NCBI GenBank assembly: GCA_004431415.1
Contig: QPMI01000104.1
Span: 1 to 64,000, forward strand
DNA: 64,000 bases
From: Cyanophora paradoxa CCMP329
Taxonomy: Eukaryota; Plantae; Glaucophyta
Reading direction: 5' to 3'
Shown here: one piece after another, positions 1-9,858 of the stretch
Layout: every line of letters starts with the position of its first letter
How positions within the stretch are numbered: position 1 is the stretch's first letter
Position numbers and translations under genes: made by a program
Notes under the pieces: generated by a model
Database searches by the model: none
Told to the model about the DNA's origin: nothing
Seen by the model: the letters and a program-made list of their open reading frames with translations, nothing else

Positions 1-412
1 ACCTCCTGGCGCGTGACGCCCACGCGGCGCCGCAGGTGCGCGATGCGCGGATCCGCGAGGATCTTTGCGGAGAGCTCGTCCGCCTCGGCCCGGCGAAGCG
101 GGCGACGACGGTCTCAATCCCCGCGAGCAGGGCGAGGACGGCGCTCTCGGAGGCGGGGAGTTCGGTCGCTGATCCCCAAGAGGCGGGCTCCTGAGCTCCG
201 GGCGGGGTGATGCGGACGAGCCAGTGGCCGCGCGGCTCCGGCAGTACGACGACGTGTGCGCGCACGAGGAGGCTGGCGACGGCGGGCTCGACGACCTCGG
301 CGACGCGCTTGAGCAGGGTCGGAGTCCGGAGCGCGAGGGCGATCGGTCGACCGGCGACGAGGGCGCTGGAGATGCGACGGGCGGCGTTTTGAACGACGGT
401 AGAGGCCTCCAT
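1..412 (-). CDS. Hypothetical protein, paralogue family A (3' end outside window; full copy at 33696-34172)
   Basis: Starts MEASTVVQNAARRISSAL...; same sequence as 33760-34172 apart from an indel. Confidence 0.55.
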   Translation of the reverse strand, partial: MEASTVVQNAARRISSALVAGRPIALALRTPTLLKRVAEVVEPAVASLLVRAHVVVLPEPRGHWLVRITPPGAQEPASWGSATELPASESAVLALLAGIETVVARFAGPRRTSSPQRSSRIRASRTCGAAWASRARR

Positions 413-751
413 GATCGTCGAGGTCGATGGCAAATGTGCGTCCAGGGACCGTCTGCTCCGCCTTTAAGCACGCCGTCAGTTGAATTCGAGCGAAAGCGCC
501 TTCCCCGCCCCACGCGTCCAGCGTATCGTTTGAATCCGCAAATCACGTATATTCGAGAACAGCGCGCGCAGTCGGCTCGCGATCCGCGAGCGACGGCGGG
601 AGTTGGGCGGGCGGGCCGGGGTATCGAGGGGTACGGGGCGGAAGAGGCGTCGTAGAGGGCATGTGGAAGCGAACGAGGGCACGTGACTGCGGGAAAGGCT
701 GAACGTGAAGGGTGTAGAGGCGGTGCACGGCCGAGGAAGGAGACCGGCCGC

Positions 752-2630
752 GCCCTACACCGAATCGCCGCCGCTCCGTGACGGCCGAGGGGGGTACGGG
801 CGGCGCCGCGTCCGCCCCGCCCTAGACGGAATCGCCGCCGCTCCGTGACGGCCGAGGGGGGTACGGGCGGCGCCGCGGCCGCCCCGCCCTAGACGGAATC
901 GCCGCCGCTCCGTGACGGCCGAGGGGGGTACGGGCGGCGCCGCGGCCGCCCCGCCCTAGACGGAATCGCCGCCGCTCCGTGACGGCCGAGGGGGGTACGG
1001 GCGGCGGAGGGCGGCGGTGGGCTCTGTCTTCTTTCCTTCGTACCCCGCGAAGTCGGTGGGCTCCTCCATCTGCGCGGGCGGGGATGAGAGTTGTACTCGT
1101 TATCTATTCGGCTTTTTATATATATCTTAGTGACAACTTAGGGGATATGGGTGACACGAGGAGCTTACCGCGCCGCCGGGGGTACGAAGGAGAGAGACAC
1201 GGGCCTACCCCCGCCGTCACGGAGCCGAGTCAGTTCCCTCTAGCGCGGCGCCGGCGTCGGGCGAGGAGCTTACCGCGCCGCCGGGGTACGAAGGAGAGAG
1301 ACACGGGCCTACCCCCGCCGCCCGTCACGGAGCCGAGTCAGTTCCCTCTAGCGCGGCGCCGGCGTCGGGCGAGGGGCTTACCGCGCCGCCGGGGGTACGA
1401 AGGAGAGAGACACGGGCCTACCCCCGCCGCCCGTCACGGAGCCGAGTCAGTTCCCTCTAGCGCGGCGCCGGCGTCGGGCGAGGAGCTTACCGCGCCGCCG
1501 GGGTACGAAGGAGAGAGACACGGGCCTACCCCCGCCGCCCGTCACGGAGCCGAGTCAGTTCCCTCTAGCGCGGCGCCGGCGTCGGGCGAGGGGCTTACCG
1601 CGCCGCCGGGGGTACGAAGGAGAGAGACACGGGCCTACCCCCGCCGCCCGTCACGGAGCCGAGTCAGTTCCCTCTAGCGCGGCGCCGCGTCGGGCGAGGG
1701 GCTTACCGCGCCGCCGGGGGTACGAAGGAGAGAGACACGGGCCTACCCCCGCCGCCCGTCACGGAGCCGAGTCAGTTCCCTCTAGCGCGGCGCCGGCGTC
1801 GGGCGAGGGGCTTACCGCGCCGCCGGGGGTACGAAGGAAAGAGATGCGGGCCTACCCCCGCCGCCCGTCACGGAGCCGACTCAGTTTCCTCTAGAGGGGC
1901 GCCGGCGTCGGGCGAGGGGCTCACCGCGCCGCCGGGGGTACGAAGGAAAGCGATGCGGGCCTACCCCCGCCGCCCGTCACGGAGCCGAGTCAGTTCCCTC
2001 TAGGGCGGCGCCGGCGTCGGGCGAGGGGCTTACCGCGCCGCCGGGGGTACGAAGGAAAGAGATGCGGGCCTACCCCCGCCGCCCGTCACGGAGCCGAGTC
2101 AGTTCCCTCTAGGGGGGCGCCGGCGTCGGGCGAGGGGCTCACCGCGCCGCCGGGGGTACGAAGGAAAGAGATGAGGGCCTACCCCCGCCGCCCGTCACGG
2201 AGCCGAGTCAGTTCCTCTAGCGCGGCGCCGGCGGGGGGCGAAGAGCTCACCGCGCCGCCGGGGGAACGAAGGAAACAGACACGGGCCTACCCCCGCCGCC
2301 CGTCACGGAGCCGAGTCAGTTCCCTCTAGGGGGGCGCCGGCGGCGGGCGAGGGGCTCACCTCGCGCCGCCGGGGGTGCAAAGGAAAGAGATGTCGGACCG
2401 GCCGCGCCCTAGACGGAATCGCCGCCGCTCCGTGACGGCCGAGGGGGGTACGGGCGGCGCCGCGGCCGCCCCGCCCTAGACGAACGCGCCGCCGCTCCGT
2501 GACGGCCGCCGGGGGGGGGGGGGGGGGGGGGGGGGGGGTGAGGGGACGAGTGGCGGAGGGCGGCGATGGGCGGTTTTCATCGTACTCCGCGAGCTCAATT
2601 ATAACCTCCATCTGCGCGGGCGGGGATGAC
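752..2630 (+). repeat. Repeat region hr1: 4x 67-bp A, AT-rich node (~1110-1130), 11x ~109-bp B, 2x A, poly-G, partial node
   Basis: CCTAGACGG at 821/888/955 gives period 67. CCGTCACGG at 1431/1539/1648 gives period 108-109. The node reads TTTTTATATATATCTTAG. Confidence 0.95.
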
Positions 2631-3364
2631 TCTGGTAGACGAAACGGGCGTCGGGCCGGGGTGCGGACGAACGACGCCCAAGGTGCGCGTTGAGAGCTCC
2701 ACCTGCCCCGGCGGCCTGTTTCTAAGCATAATAAGCTCTCGCTCCGACCCGGCGCAGGTCGCGCGAGGAGCGACGAGCCGAACCGCGTCGCAGGGCTTGC
2801 AATTGGCATCGTCTTCGCCGCGGGCCCGATCGCATCTGCGCGAGCGCGTCAAGAGTGGCGGCGGACGACTGCGTCGAGCCTTTAGAAGGATTCAGGGCGG
2901 CTCCGTGACGGCCGCGGGGACGCGGGCGGGCAAAGGAGGCCCCATGGCCAACTAACTGCTCCGGTTTCGAGGAACTCTTGCGCGTTTCGAGAGAGCTTTT
3001 GTACGTGTTAACGTTGGATGGCGAGTCATCTTTCGAGAGCCAAGAGTATCAGTAACGCACGGCTGGGGGTGTGGAGCACGATGTTCGCTCGACCTCTCGT
3101 GTTCGCGCTCGCGAGGGCACGCAAGGGCGCGCCGACATGCGCGCCATGCTGCATACGAAACGAACGCACACGAATTCGCCGGCGCTGTCGTCCACATGCG
3201 GGGCTACGGTCGGAAAGGGGCCCGGGGGTCAACTATGCCCGAAAGGGTCGAAAAAACGCGGCAGACCGGCTGGAACGCGTCTTAGCAGATGGGATACACG
3301 GTTGGCCGGCTGGGTACCGTGAAAGCTCGGCTCCACGCGCAGAGCAGTCTGTTAAGCGTAGCGG

Positions 3365-6300
3365 ATGCAGCCGGGCGGGAGCGGAGGCCCGCAGGAGCCG
3401 CCGAACGCCGCCCCGCCGCCCAGCCGACGGGTGCGCGCTTTGACGAGCGCGCCCTGCTCCGCTAACGCCGATCCGCAGCGGAGGGTCATTGTGTCGTATG
3501 TAAGCAGGTGTTGTTGCTCCCGGTCTCGTTCTGCAAGCCCGACTGCGGCGCACGACGCCGATTGTGTCTTCCGTGCTTCATCTCGGACGAGCGCTTCCGC
3601 AGCTACAGGAACGCGGTTGCGGGGTGGTGCGCATCGTACCGAGTGTGTAGAGTGTCTCGTTGTAAACCGCTCGACGCGCAGCGAATGCGGAGGAGTCCCC
3701 GAGGCCGTCAATCTCGGGAACACAGGCTCCGTCTGTGCAAAGTACCACGACATTGCGGGGCTTCCGGAGGGCCTGCAGCCGGCAGCAAACCAGCGGTGGG
3801 ACCTGTTCAAGCGCGTGTTCGACTCGGCCAAGGCGAGCGAAAAGAAGCCGAAGAAAGGGCAGCGCCAGCAGAAGAAAGGAGGTCCCAAGAAGGCGAACGG
3901 CGGCGACGGCAAGGCCGGCGACGGCAAGGCCGGCGACGGCGACCGAGGAGAAGAAAACGAGGAGAACGAGGAGGACGAGGAGGACGAAGAAGCTGGCGAC
4001 GATTCGGACGACGATCCAGACCGCCCGCGCAAGGGCCGTACGCGTCACGCCGACGCGACGGTCGAGCGCAGGGCGGAGGCCATCGTCGAGAATCTCGCGG
4101 ATGGCTGGCTTGGCAGCTTTCGGCGGGTCGTCCCTCGACCACCTCAGCATTCGCCGGCCGCAGCCTTGCCGTCGAGCACGGTGCCGGCGCCAGTGGGCAA
4201 TGTGGTGGCGGACGCGATCGAAAGCTCCTCCAACAGCGCCTTTGTCAGCGTCAACCCGTTCGCGTCGGGCGAGCTGTCCGCGGCCATGCGCGGGCTCGCC
4301 TCCTCCGCACCTGTGGATCTCATCTCGCAAATCAAGAACGATCCGAGCAAGTACAGGGAGCTGGATCGGTTCATGTTGGCGGCAGCTTCCATCCTCACGG
4401 CAGGCGAGCTGGAGAACACCGCGACCTTCATGATGGTTTGCCAGGTACAACGCCCCCCAATCCCATTCCCACTTTGCCCGCCGACGAGCTCTTTCGTCGC
4501 AGTACGTCGCCCTTTTCTACGACTTCGAGGGTCGGCGGATAATGGAGGAGGATGCGCGGAAGAAGGCGGGGCGAGCGGTCGAGTCGTTCATGATCAGCAG
4601 CAAGACCCTGAGCGAACGGATTCGAGGCCTCGTCGGGGAGAGGATCGCGGATTTCGATGAAGATCCACACGGCAAGCTGGACTGGGCGAAGATGCTCTCC
4701 CTCGAAACGTCGGGGACGGTCCAAGACTTTCGCGACAAGACGGTCGATCACATCGACACCGAAAAGGGGAAGAAGAATTTGGTCGATGTGGTCCGCCCCG
4801 ATCCCGCTCGTCGGCGCGGGCGCCACCCTGACGCCTCGCTCGCAGCTTCTGCGGATTCGCAAGATCGGCGCGGCGCTCCGGGCGTTTCCCTGTCTGCTCA
4901 TGATGGGCCCGAAAACGACGCGAACGCACGTGAAGAAGCTCAACGCGCCCAACTTCTCTCTTGGGCAGGCGGTCCTCGATGTGGAGGAGCACGCGCGTCG
5001 GGGGGCGGGGCGCGGCGCCGACGGCTCCGGCGCGGCGGCCGCGCCCCCGCCCCCGCCCAAGGGCGATCGAGCGTCGAAGAGCGAGGAGAGTAGGCGGCAG
5101 AAGGCGGAGCGCGGAGATGAGCTCATCAAGGCCGTCCGAAGGTCGCTGGAAGCACACGTGGCGGAAAAAGGGTTGCGTGGCGACGACGCCCTTCTGTCAT
5201 GCCTCCTCGACCCCGAGATCCCGATCTACCATCCGAACAACCCCCTCTACCTGCACCCCGATGGCGGTCGCGATGGCCCGAGACCCGCCCCCGACATGGA
5301 TCGGTGCCTCTTAACCGCACCTCGCGGCGGGGGCGATCCGTTCTCACGTTCCGGATCGCGACAGAAAAGTGGACTTCGAAACGGCGTTGAGCAAGGCGGG
5401 ACGTCTGCTCAGGGCGGCGTCCACGGAAGGCATCCGCAACGCGTTCATCGACAACGAGCGCCTCAAGAGCATGCACCCCTATGGTGCGAGCGTGTCGCCC
5501 GCGCCTCGATGAACCTTATCCGACTCTGCGTCGCCAGTCGTTCCGGAGGGGACCATGGAAGACCTCGAGGAGGCCCTCGGTCCAAAACGGTTGGAACCCG
5601 ACCCGGAAGACGAGGCGGCGGACGGGTGGCCGTCCCTTCAGCGTCTCTCGCCCACTGGAGTCCTCTTGTTCGGCCCGCCGGTCCGTGCTTCCGCGCGGGG
5701 CCCGCTTCGCGCTCTCTGATTCGCGTTGCGCAGGGCACAGGCAAGTCACAGTTCGCGCGCGAGCTCGCTCGCCGCATCGGCTACAGCTTCCTCGAGTACA
5801 AGCCGTCGCAGATCAGCGAATATGTGCTCGCCCGTTCGCCCGCGCACCCGTTCCATCCCTGATCTTGCAGCAGTACGGGCAAGCCGCAAAGATCGTCGAG
5901 GCGTTCTTCGACATCGCCTACGACGTGCAGGACGTCATCTTAATGTGCGAGTGCGTATATTTTCGCTCCCTGCAATGCATAATATGGCGCTCTCGGTAAC
6001 GTTTGGTCCAGCGAGGTGGATGCGACCGTCCCAGCTTCCAAGGCGTCGTTGGACGAACTGCAGAAACAGGTCATGAACACGGTACGCTCGAGTGCTCGTG
6101 CACGCCTCCCGCGACTCACAGGGTGTTAGTTTGCGACGGCGATGGACAAACTCTACAACGAGGTCGAGCACCGGCGAGTTCGCACAGGCGACCCCGGCCG
6201 CGGTCCGATTGTAATCGCCGCGACCAACTATCCGCTCGACATGGACGCCAAGTTCTTTCGTCGCTTCCGCAAGCAGTACGCCGTCCTGCACGTATTCCTT

Positions 6301-7314
6301 CGCGTTTAATCCCGTTCCGCAGCATCTTCCTTCCCGCACCCAACGCCGAATTCCGCCGCGAGATCATCAAGTCCATCATGAAGTTCGAGCACGAGAAGGC
6401 GCTCCTTAAGGAGAACGAGAAGCGGCAGGGGCGGGAACTCTCCCCGACGAACAAGCATCTCTTCCGCGAGGAGTGCTTCGCCGACGTGAACCTCGACGAG
6501 CTCGCGTCGGACGAAATGTCGGGGGGCTTCACGTACCAGGTCTTCGAGGAGATTTTCGGGGAAAAACTCAGAAGCATCAGGTCCGTCGCCGGGGCCCATC
6601 GCGTGCCCCGTTCTTTCTTGATCAGGACGACAGGAAAAGGGACATCGACTACGAGAGCGTGAAACAGGCCGTCCGCCGAGGGGAGTTAAAGGAGCCGCCG
6701 GACGGCCGGTCCATCGCGCAGTGCGAAGCATTTCGCAGGGGCAAGCGCGCAGGGAGGCCTTCCGAGGACGCGGCGGAGGCCGCGGCGCCTGCGTCGGCAC
6801 CCGCGTCGCCCGCAGCATCGGCGGCGACCGCGTCGGCGCCCGCGTCGCCCGCAGCATCGGCGGCGACCGCATCGGCGCCCGCAGCATCGGCGGCGACCGC
6901 GGGGCGCCCGGCAACGGCCCCGCGGAAGCCTAGAGGTCGCCAAAGCTTCGCTCCCGCGAAGAAAGCACCTCGTATCCGGGGGCGCGCGCGCGGAGCCGCA
7001 CGCGGCCGAGGCAGGGGCGCCCGCCAAGCCCCCGTACCGGTCGCCACGCCCGTGGACTCTCCGAAAGGTGCGCAGTGCCGACCCGTGCCTCGCGCCCCGA
7101 CCTTAATCCTCGTGCAGAAGATGGAGCAACGCCGCCCGATCCCTCGCCCTCCAGCAGCCGCAAGCGCAAGGCCGACGAGGCCGACGTCGACGAGGCCGAC
7201 GAGGATGCGCCCGCGGTTCGGGACCCGCCCTCCAGTCCATTTCGTGCTCAAATCACACTCCTCCCGCCAGGAACCAAGCGGGACGATCGGCAACAATTCG
7301 AGGATATGATGTAG
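3365..7314 (+). CDS. Multi-exon classical-clade AAA+ ATPase (spastin/katanin/VPS4/ATAD1/CDC48-like module) with long N-terminal region; 5' exons uncertain
   Basis: Introns include 4445-4502, 5681-5733, 5824-5870, 5951-6011, 6082-6129, 6276-6322, 6581-6633 and 7068-7117. Splicing gives Walker A GVLLFGPP|GTGKS, Walker B ILMCD|EVD, sensor-1 IAATNYP and Arg finger FFRRF. Indels near 5330-5352 are in frame in copy 2. Confidence 0.88.
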
Positions 7315-7539
7315 GCTTTCGTTCTATCTTTCCCTTTCCCTTTAATTTCACTAGTCTAGTCTTCTTCGGATAATTGAAAACCTTGTACTTTTATTACGTT
7401 TTTGTTCTTCTATTACAGATTGTTTAACGTGTAAAGAGGTTTTCTGATTACACAAGAATAGAGAGAAAGTCAGATTCTAGGGTCGGGGAAAGGGAAAGGA
7501 AGGGGGTGCCCCGATTGATAAGCGAACTACATACTCCTT

Positions 7540-8590
7540 TTTCTAGCTATGGAAAGCCCTATAGCTAGAGCTATAGGACATAGCTATAGCCTATAGTGTA
7601 CACTGTACATGTACTCGGCGTCCGAGAGAGTCGACGTCGCACCGACTCGCACGTCGAGCTAGCCGGCGTAGACTCTGTCACTCTGAGAGACGGTACGTAT
7701 ACGTATACTGCCCGGCGGCCGCACCGGTATACGTAGAGTCACTGAGTCGCGACTCACTGTCACGGAGCCGAGGGCGAACCATCTAGGGTCGCAATTGCAA
7801 TCGCCTCCGCCCGCCGCCCGCGCGGCCGGGCCCGCGCGCGGCCCGCGGCGCGGGCCGCGGCCGTCTATATATAGCTAGATCTGTCACGGAGGCGAGGCCG
7901 CTTTGCCTAGGGGCTCGGAGAAGCCCGGCAGCGGGCGCGGGACTCCTTAGATCGATATCGATGGCGCCGCGCGCGACGCCGAGCCCGGCCCGGCGGCCGC
8001 GGCCCGGCCCGGCCCCTGCAGCCGGTCCGGCGCCGGCGGTCCGGATCCCAGTATACGTACTAGTGCTGCGCCGGCCGCGGGCGCTCGAAGTCCGGGGCGA
8101 GGCGCCGAGCTCGAGCCCCCGGGCCCCCGGCCCGCGCCGACGCGGCCGGCCCGGCGGCGCCAGCGCTAGCTATAGCCTAAAGCCATCCGCCGGCGCTGTC
8201 CCGCGCTGAGACACGAATTGCGCGCGCGTCCGCGCTCCGCCGCGCCCGCCGCGAGCGCCAGGCGCCGCCAGCTCGCGTTCGAGCTCGAGCTCGAGGGCGC
8301 GCCGCCCATGGTCGCGCGCGCGCCGACCTTAGGCCTGTGCGTGGGGCCTGCCGAGGGCCGACGCCCACGCCGCGCGCGGACGTGCTCGCGTTGTGCTATC
8401 GCTATCGGCCGCGACCGCGACACACTCTCTCGAGCTCGAGCTCGACGAGGACGATTTTGATTCATTTTATTTACAAGTTTACTCGTTTTGGGACTCGGCT
8501 GAGTACTTCGCGTACGTTAGCTGGACTGGCTATGGTTGCGGCCGTTTACGCGCTATACGTACGCGTACATGCACGTATACGCGTCCGACG
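7540..8590. other. Palindrome-dense non-coding segment between the convergent AAA and RING genes
   Basis: CCTATAGCT-AG-AGCTATAGG at 7558-7577, TACGTATACGTA at 7694-7705, TGAGTCGCGACTCA at 7743-7756, plus many 6-10 bp palindromes. Confidence 0.7.
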
Positions 8591-8591
8591 T

Positions 8592-9263
8592 TCAGCCTGC
8601 GCATGCGCCGCCGACCGCCACGGCCGCGGCTCTCTGCGAAAATGGAGCATCGATACCGGCCGCAGCCCTCGACGCGCCGCAGTTTCTGTACAATTGCAGG
8701 CGCGCCTTCCTCTCGCGCTCTTCGGCCGAGTCCCACGCCATCCAAGACGGGTCCGCGAGCCTTCGCCGGATCCGATCGGCCATCCAGCCGAGATCGCTGT
8801 CGGGTGAGGCGGCCTCGCGAAGCCGCTGGACGTAACCCTCCTCCGAGGCCCCCCGGCGACGGTGCTCGTCGGTCAGCGCGTAGATCCCGTCTGGCTCGAC
8901 CGCGGCGCGGCAGAGGGGGCACGTGGCGTGATGCACGCGTACGAGGCAGTGGAAATCCATTACGTGTCCGCAGGAGAGGGCGACGGGCCGCAAGAGGCGG
9001 TCCAGACAGACGGGACACTCGTCCGGAACGCAGATTCCCCGAGGAGGCTCGCGGAAACGATTGCGAAAGCACCGCCACGCCACAAAGCAAAGCGTCGCAA
9101 ACTGTTCGTGCTGACGACGTGCGCGAAAATCCCTCGCCGGGTCCCCATCGAGCGGCTGCTCAACCGCCTCGTACCGCACGCTCGAATCCTCTTCGGGCTC
9201 GACGGCGAGCCAGCAGCGGGCAGCGCCCCACTTGGGGTCGTACGGGACGAGCTCGAGCGTCAT
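8592..9263 (-). CDS. RING-finger protein (putative E3 ligase)
   Basis: CPVCLDRLLRPVALSCGHVMDFHCLVRVHHATCPLCR has C3HC4 spacing, with Asp at ligand 5. Confidence 0.85.
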   Translation of the reverse strand: MTLELVPYDPKWGAARCWLAVEPEEDSSVRYEAVEQPLDGDPARDFRARRQHEQFATLCFVAWRCFRNRFREPPRGICVPDECPVCLDRLLRPVALSCGHVMDFHCLVRVHHATCPLCRAAVEPDGIYALTDEHRRRGASEEGYVQRLREAASPDSDLGWMADRIRRRLADPSWMAWDSAEERERKARLQLYRNCGASRAAAGIDAPFSQRAAAVAVGGACAG

Positions 9264-9304
9264 GGCCCAGTGGGCACCTCGAATGCTCCCGCGTTCGCAT
9301 CTAT

Positions 9305-9745
9305 TTATGCAATTTTCTCCAAGACGGCGCGCCCCCTCAGCATCGCCGCTCTAGCTCGATCGTCCTCGCGCCGACACGTTGGGCACCGTTTGTAAAACCT
9401 GTCCTTAGTCGCCATCTGGAAGGACTGGAGGGGTAAAACGATTCGGCAGCGGCCGCAGTAGGCGACGACGAGCCCGTCGGACCGCTTGCAGATGCGGCGC
9501 ACGCGTCCGACGCGGGGATCGACGTCGCCGGCCGCGGGGCAGGGGCCCCCCGCGGTCACGCGCACGGCCCTCCTGCGCTCGCGCTCGTACCACGCTCGGC
9601 AGGCGCAGCAGAGTGCACTGCGGCGGACGAGAGGAGCGGCTCCGCCGCAGGCCCGGCAGGTCCGGGCGGGGGCGGGGAGGGGCCGAGGGACGCGATCCCC
9701 GACGCGGGGCTCGGGAGCTCGAGGAGGGGCCATGGCCATGGTCAT
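9305..9745 (-). CDS. Small Zn-ribbon protein with four CxxC pairs
   Basis: CRAC..CCAC..CGRC..CPTC in a 146-aa ORF that diverges from the primase-helicase across a TATA box. Confidence 0.6.
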   Translation of the reverse strand: MTMAMAPPRAPEPRVGDRVPRPLPAPARTCRACGGAAPLVRRSALCCACRAWYERERRRAVRVTAGGPCPAAGDVDPRVGRVRRICKRSDGLVVAYCGRCRIVLPLQSFQMATKDRFYKRCPTCRREDDRARAAMLRGRAVLEKIA

Positions 9746-9783
9746 GGCCGTGGGGCCGTGCACGTGCCGGGAGGGGCCGGCAC

Positions 9784-9792
9784 ATATATAAG
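9784..9792. promoter_or_regulatory. TATA-like box of a probable bidirectional promoter
   Basis: ATATATAAG is an isolated AT island between divergent ATGs at 9745 (-) and 9859 (+). Confidence 0.5.
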
Positions 9793-9858
9793 GAGACGGG
9801 CCCGGGGCGTGCCGTGAAGGTCCGGGCCCCGGACGTCGACGGTACCCGGCCCTCGGAC

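Noticed and set aside
979-1677. ORFs inside the hr repeats (also 16571-17107, 32155-32532, 34670-35434)
   Set aside because: They are translations of GC-rich tandem repeats whose frames shift between monomers (67 and 109 are not multiples of 3).
752-2500. CRISPR-like array
   Set aside because: Monomers are contiguous near-identical tandem repeats with no unique spacers, no cas genes are present, and the context is eukaryotic.
752-2500. A+B monomer lengths (67+109=176 bp) as a nucleosome-sized centromeric satellite
   Set aside because: A and B do not alternate, so no 176-bp periodicity exists; this is a numerical coincidence.
2511-2538. Poly-G tract as a functional element or telomere
   Set aside because: A simple homopolymer of unreliable length with no telomeric repeat units; G-quadruplex potential is unremarkable in this GC context.
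2303-3360. Gene(s) between hr1 and the AAA gene
   Set aside because: Splice-like signals exist on the minus strand, but the frames differ between copies and I could not build a consistent protein.
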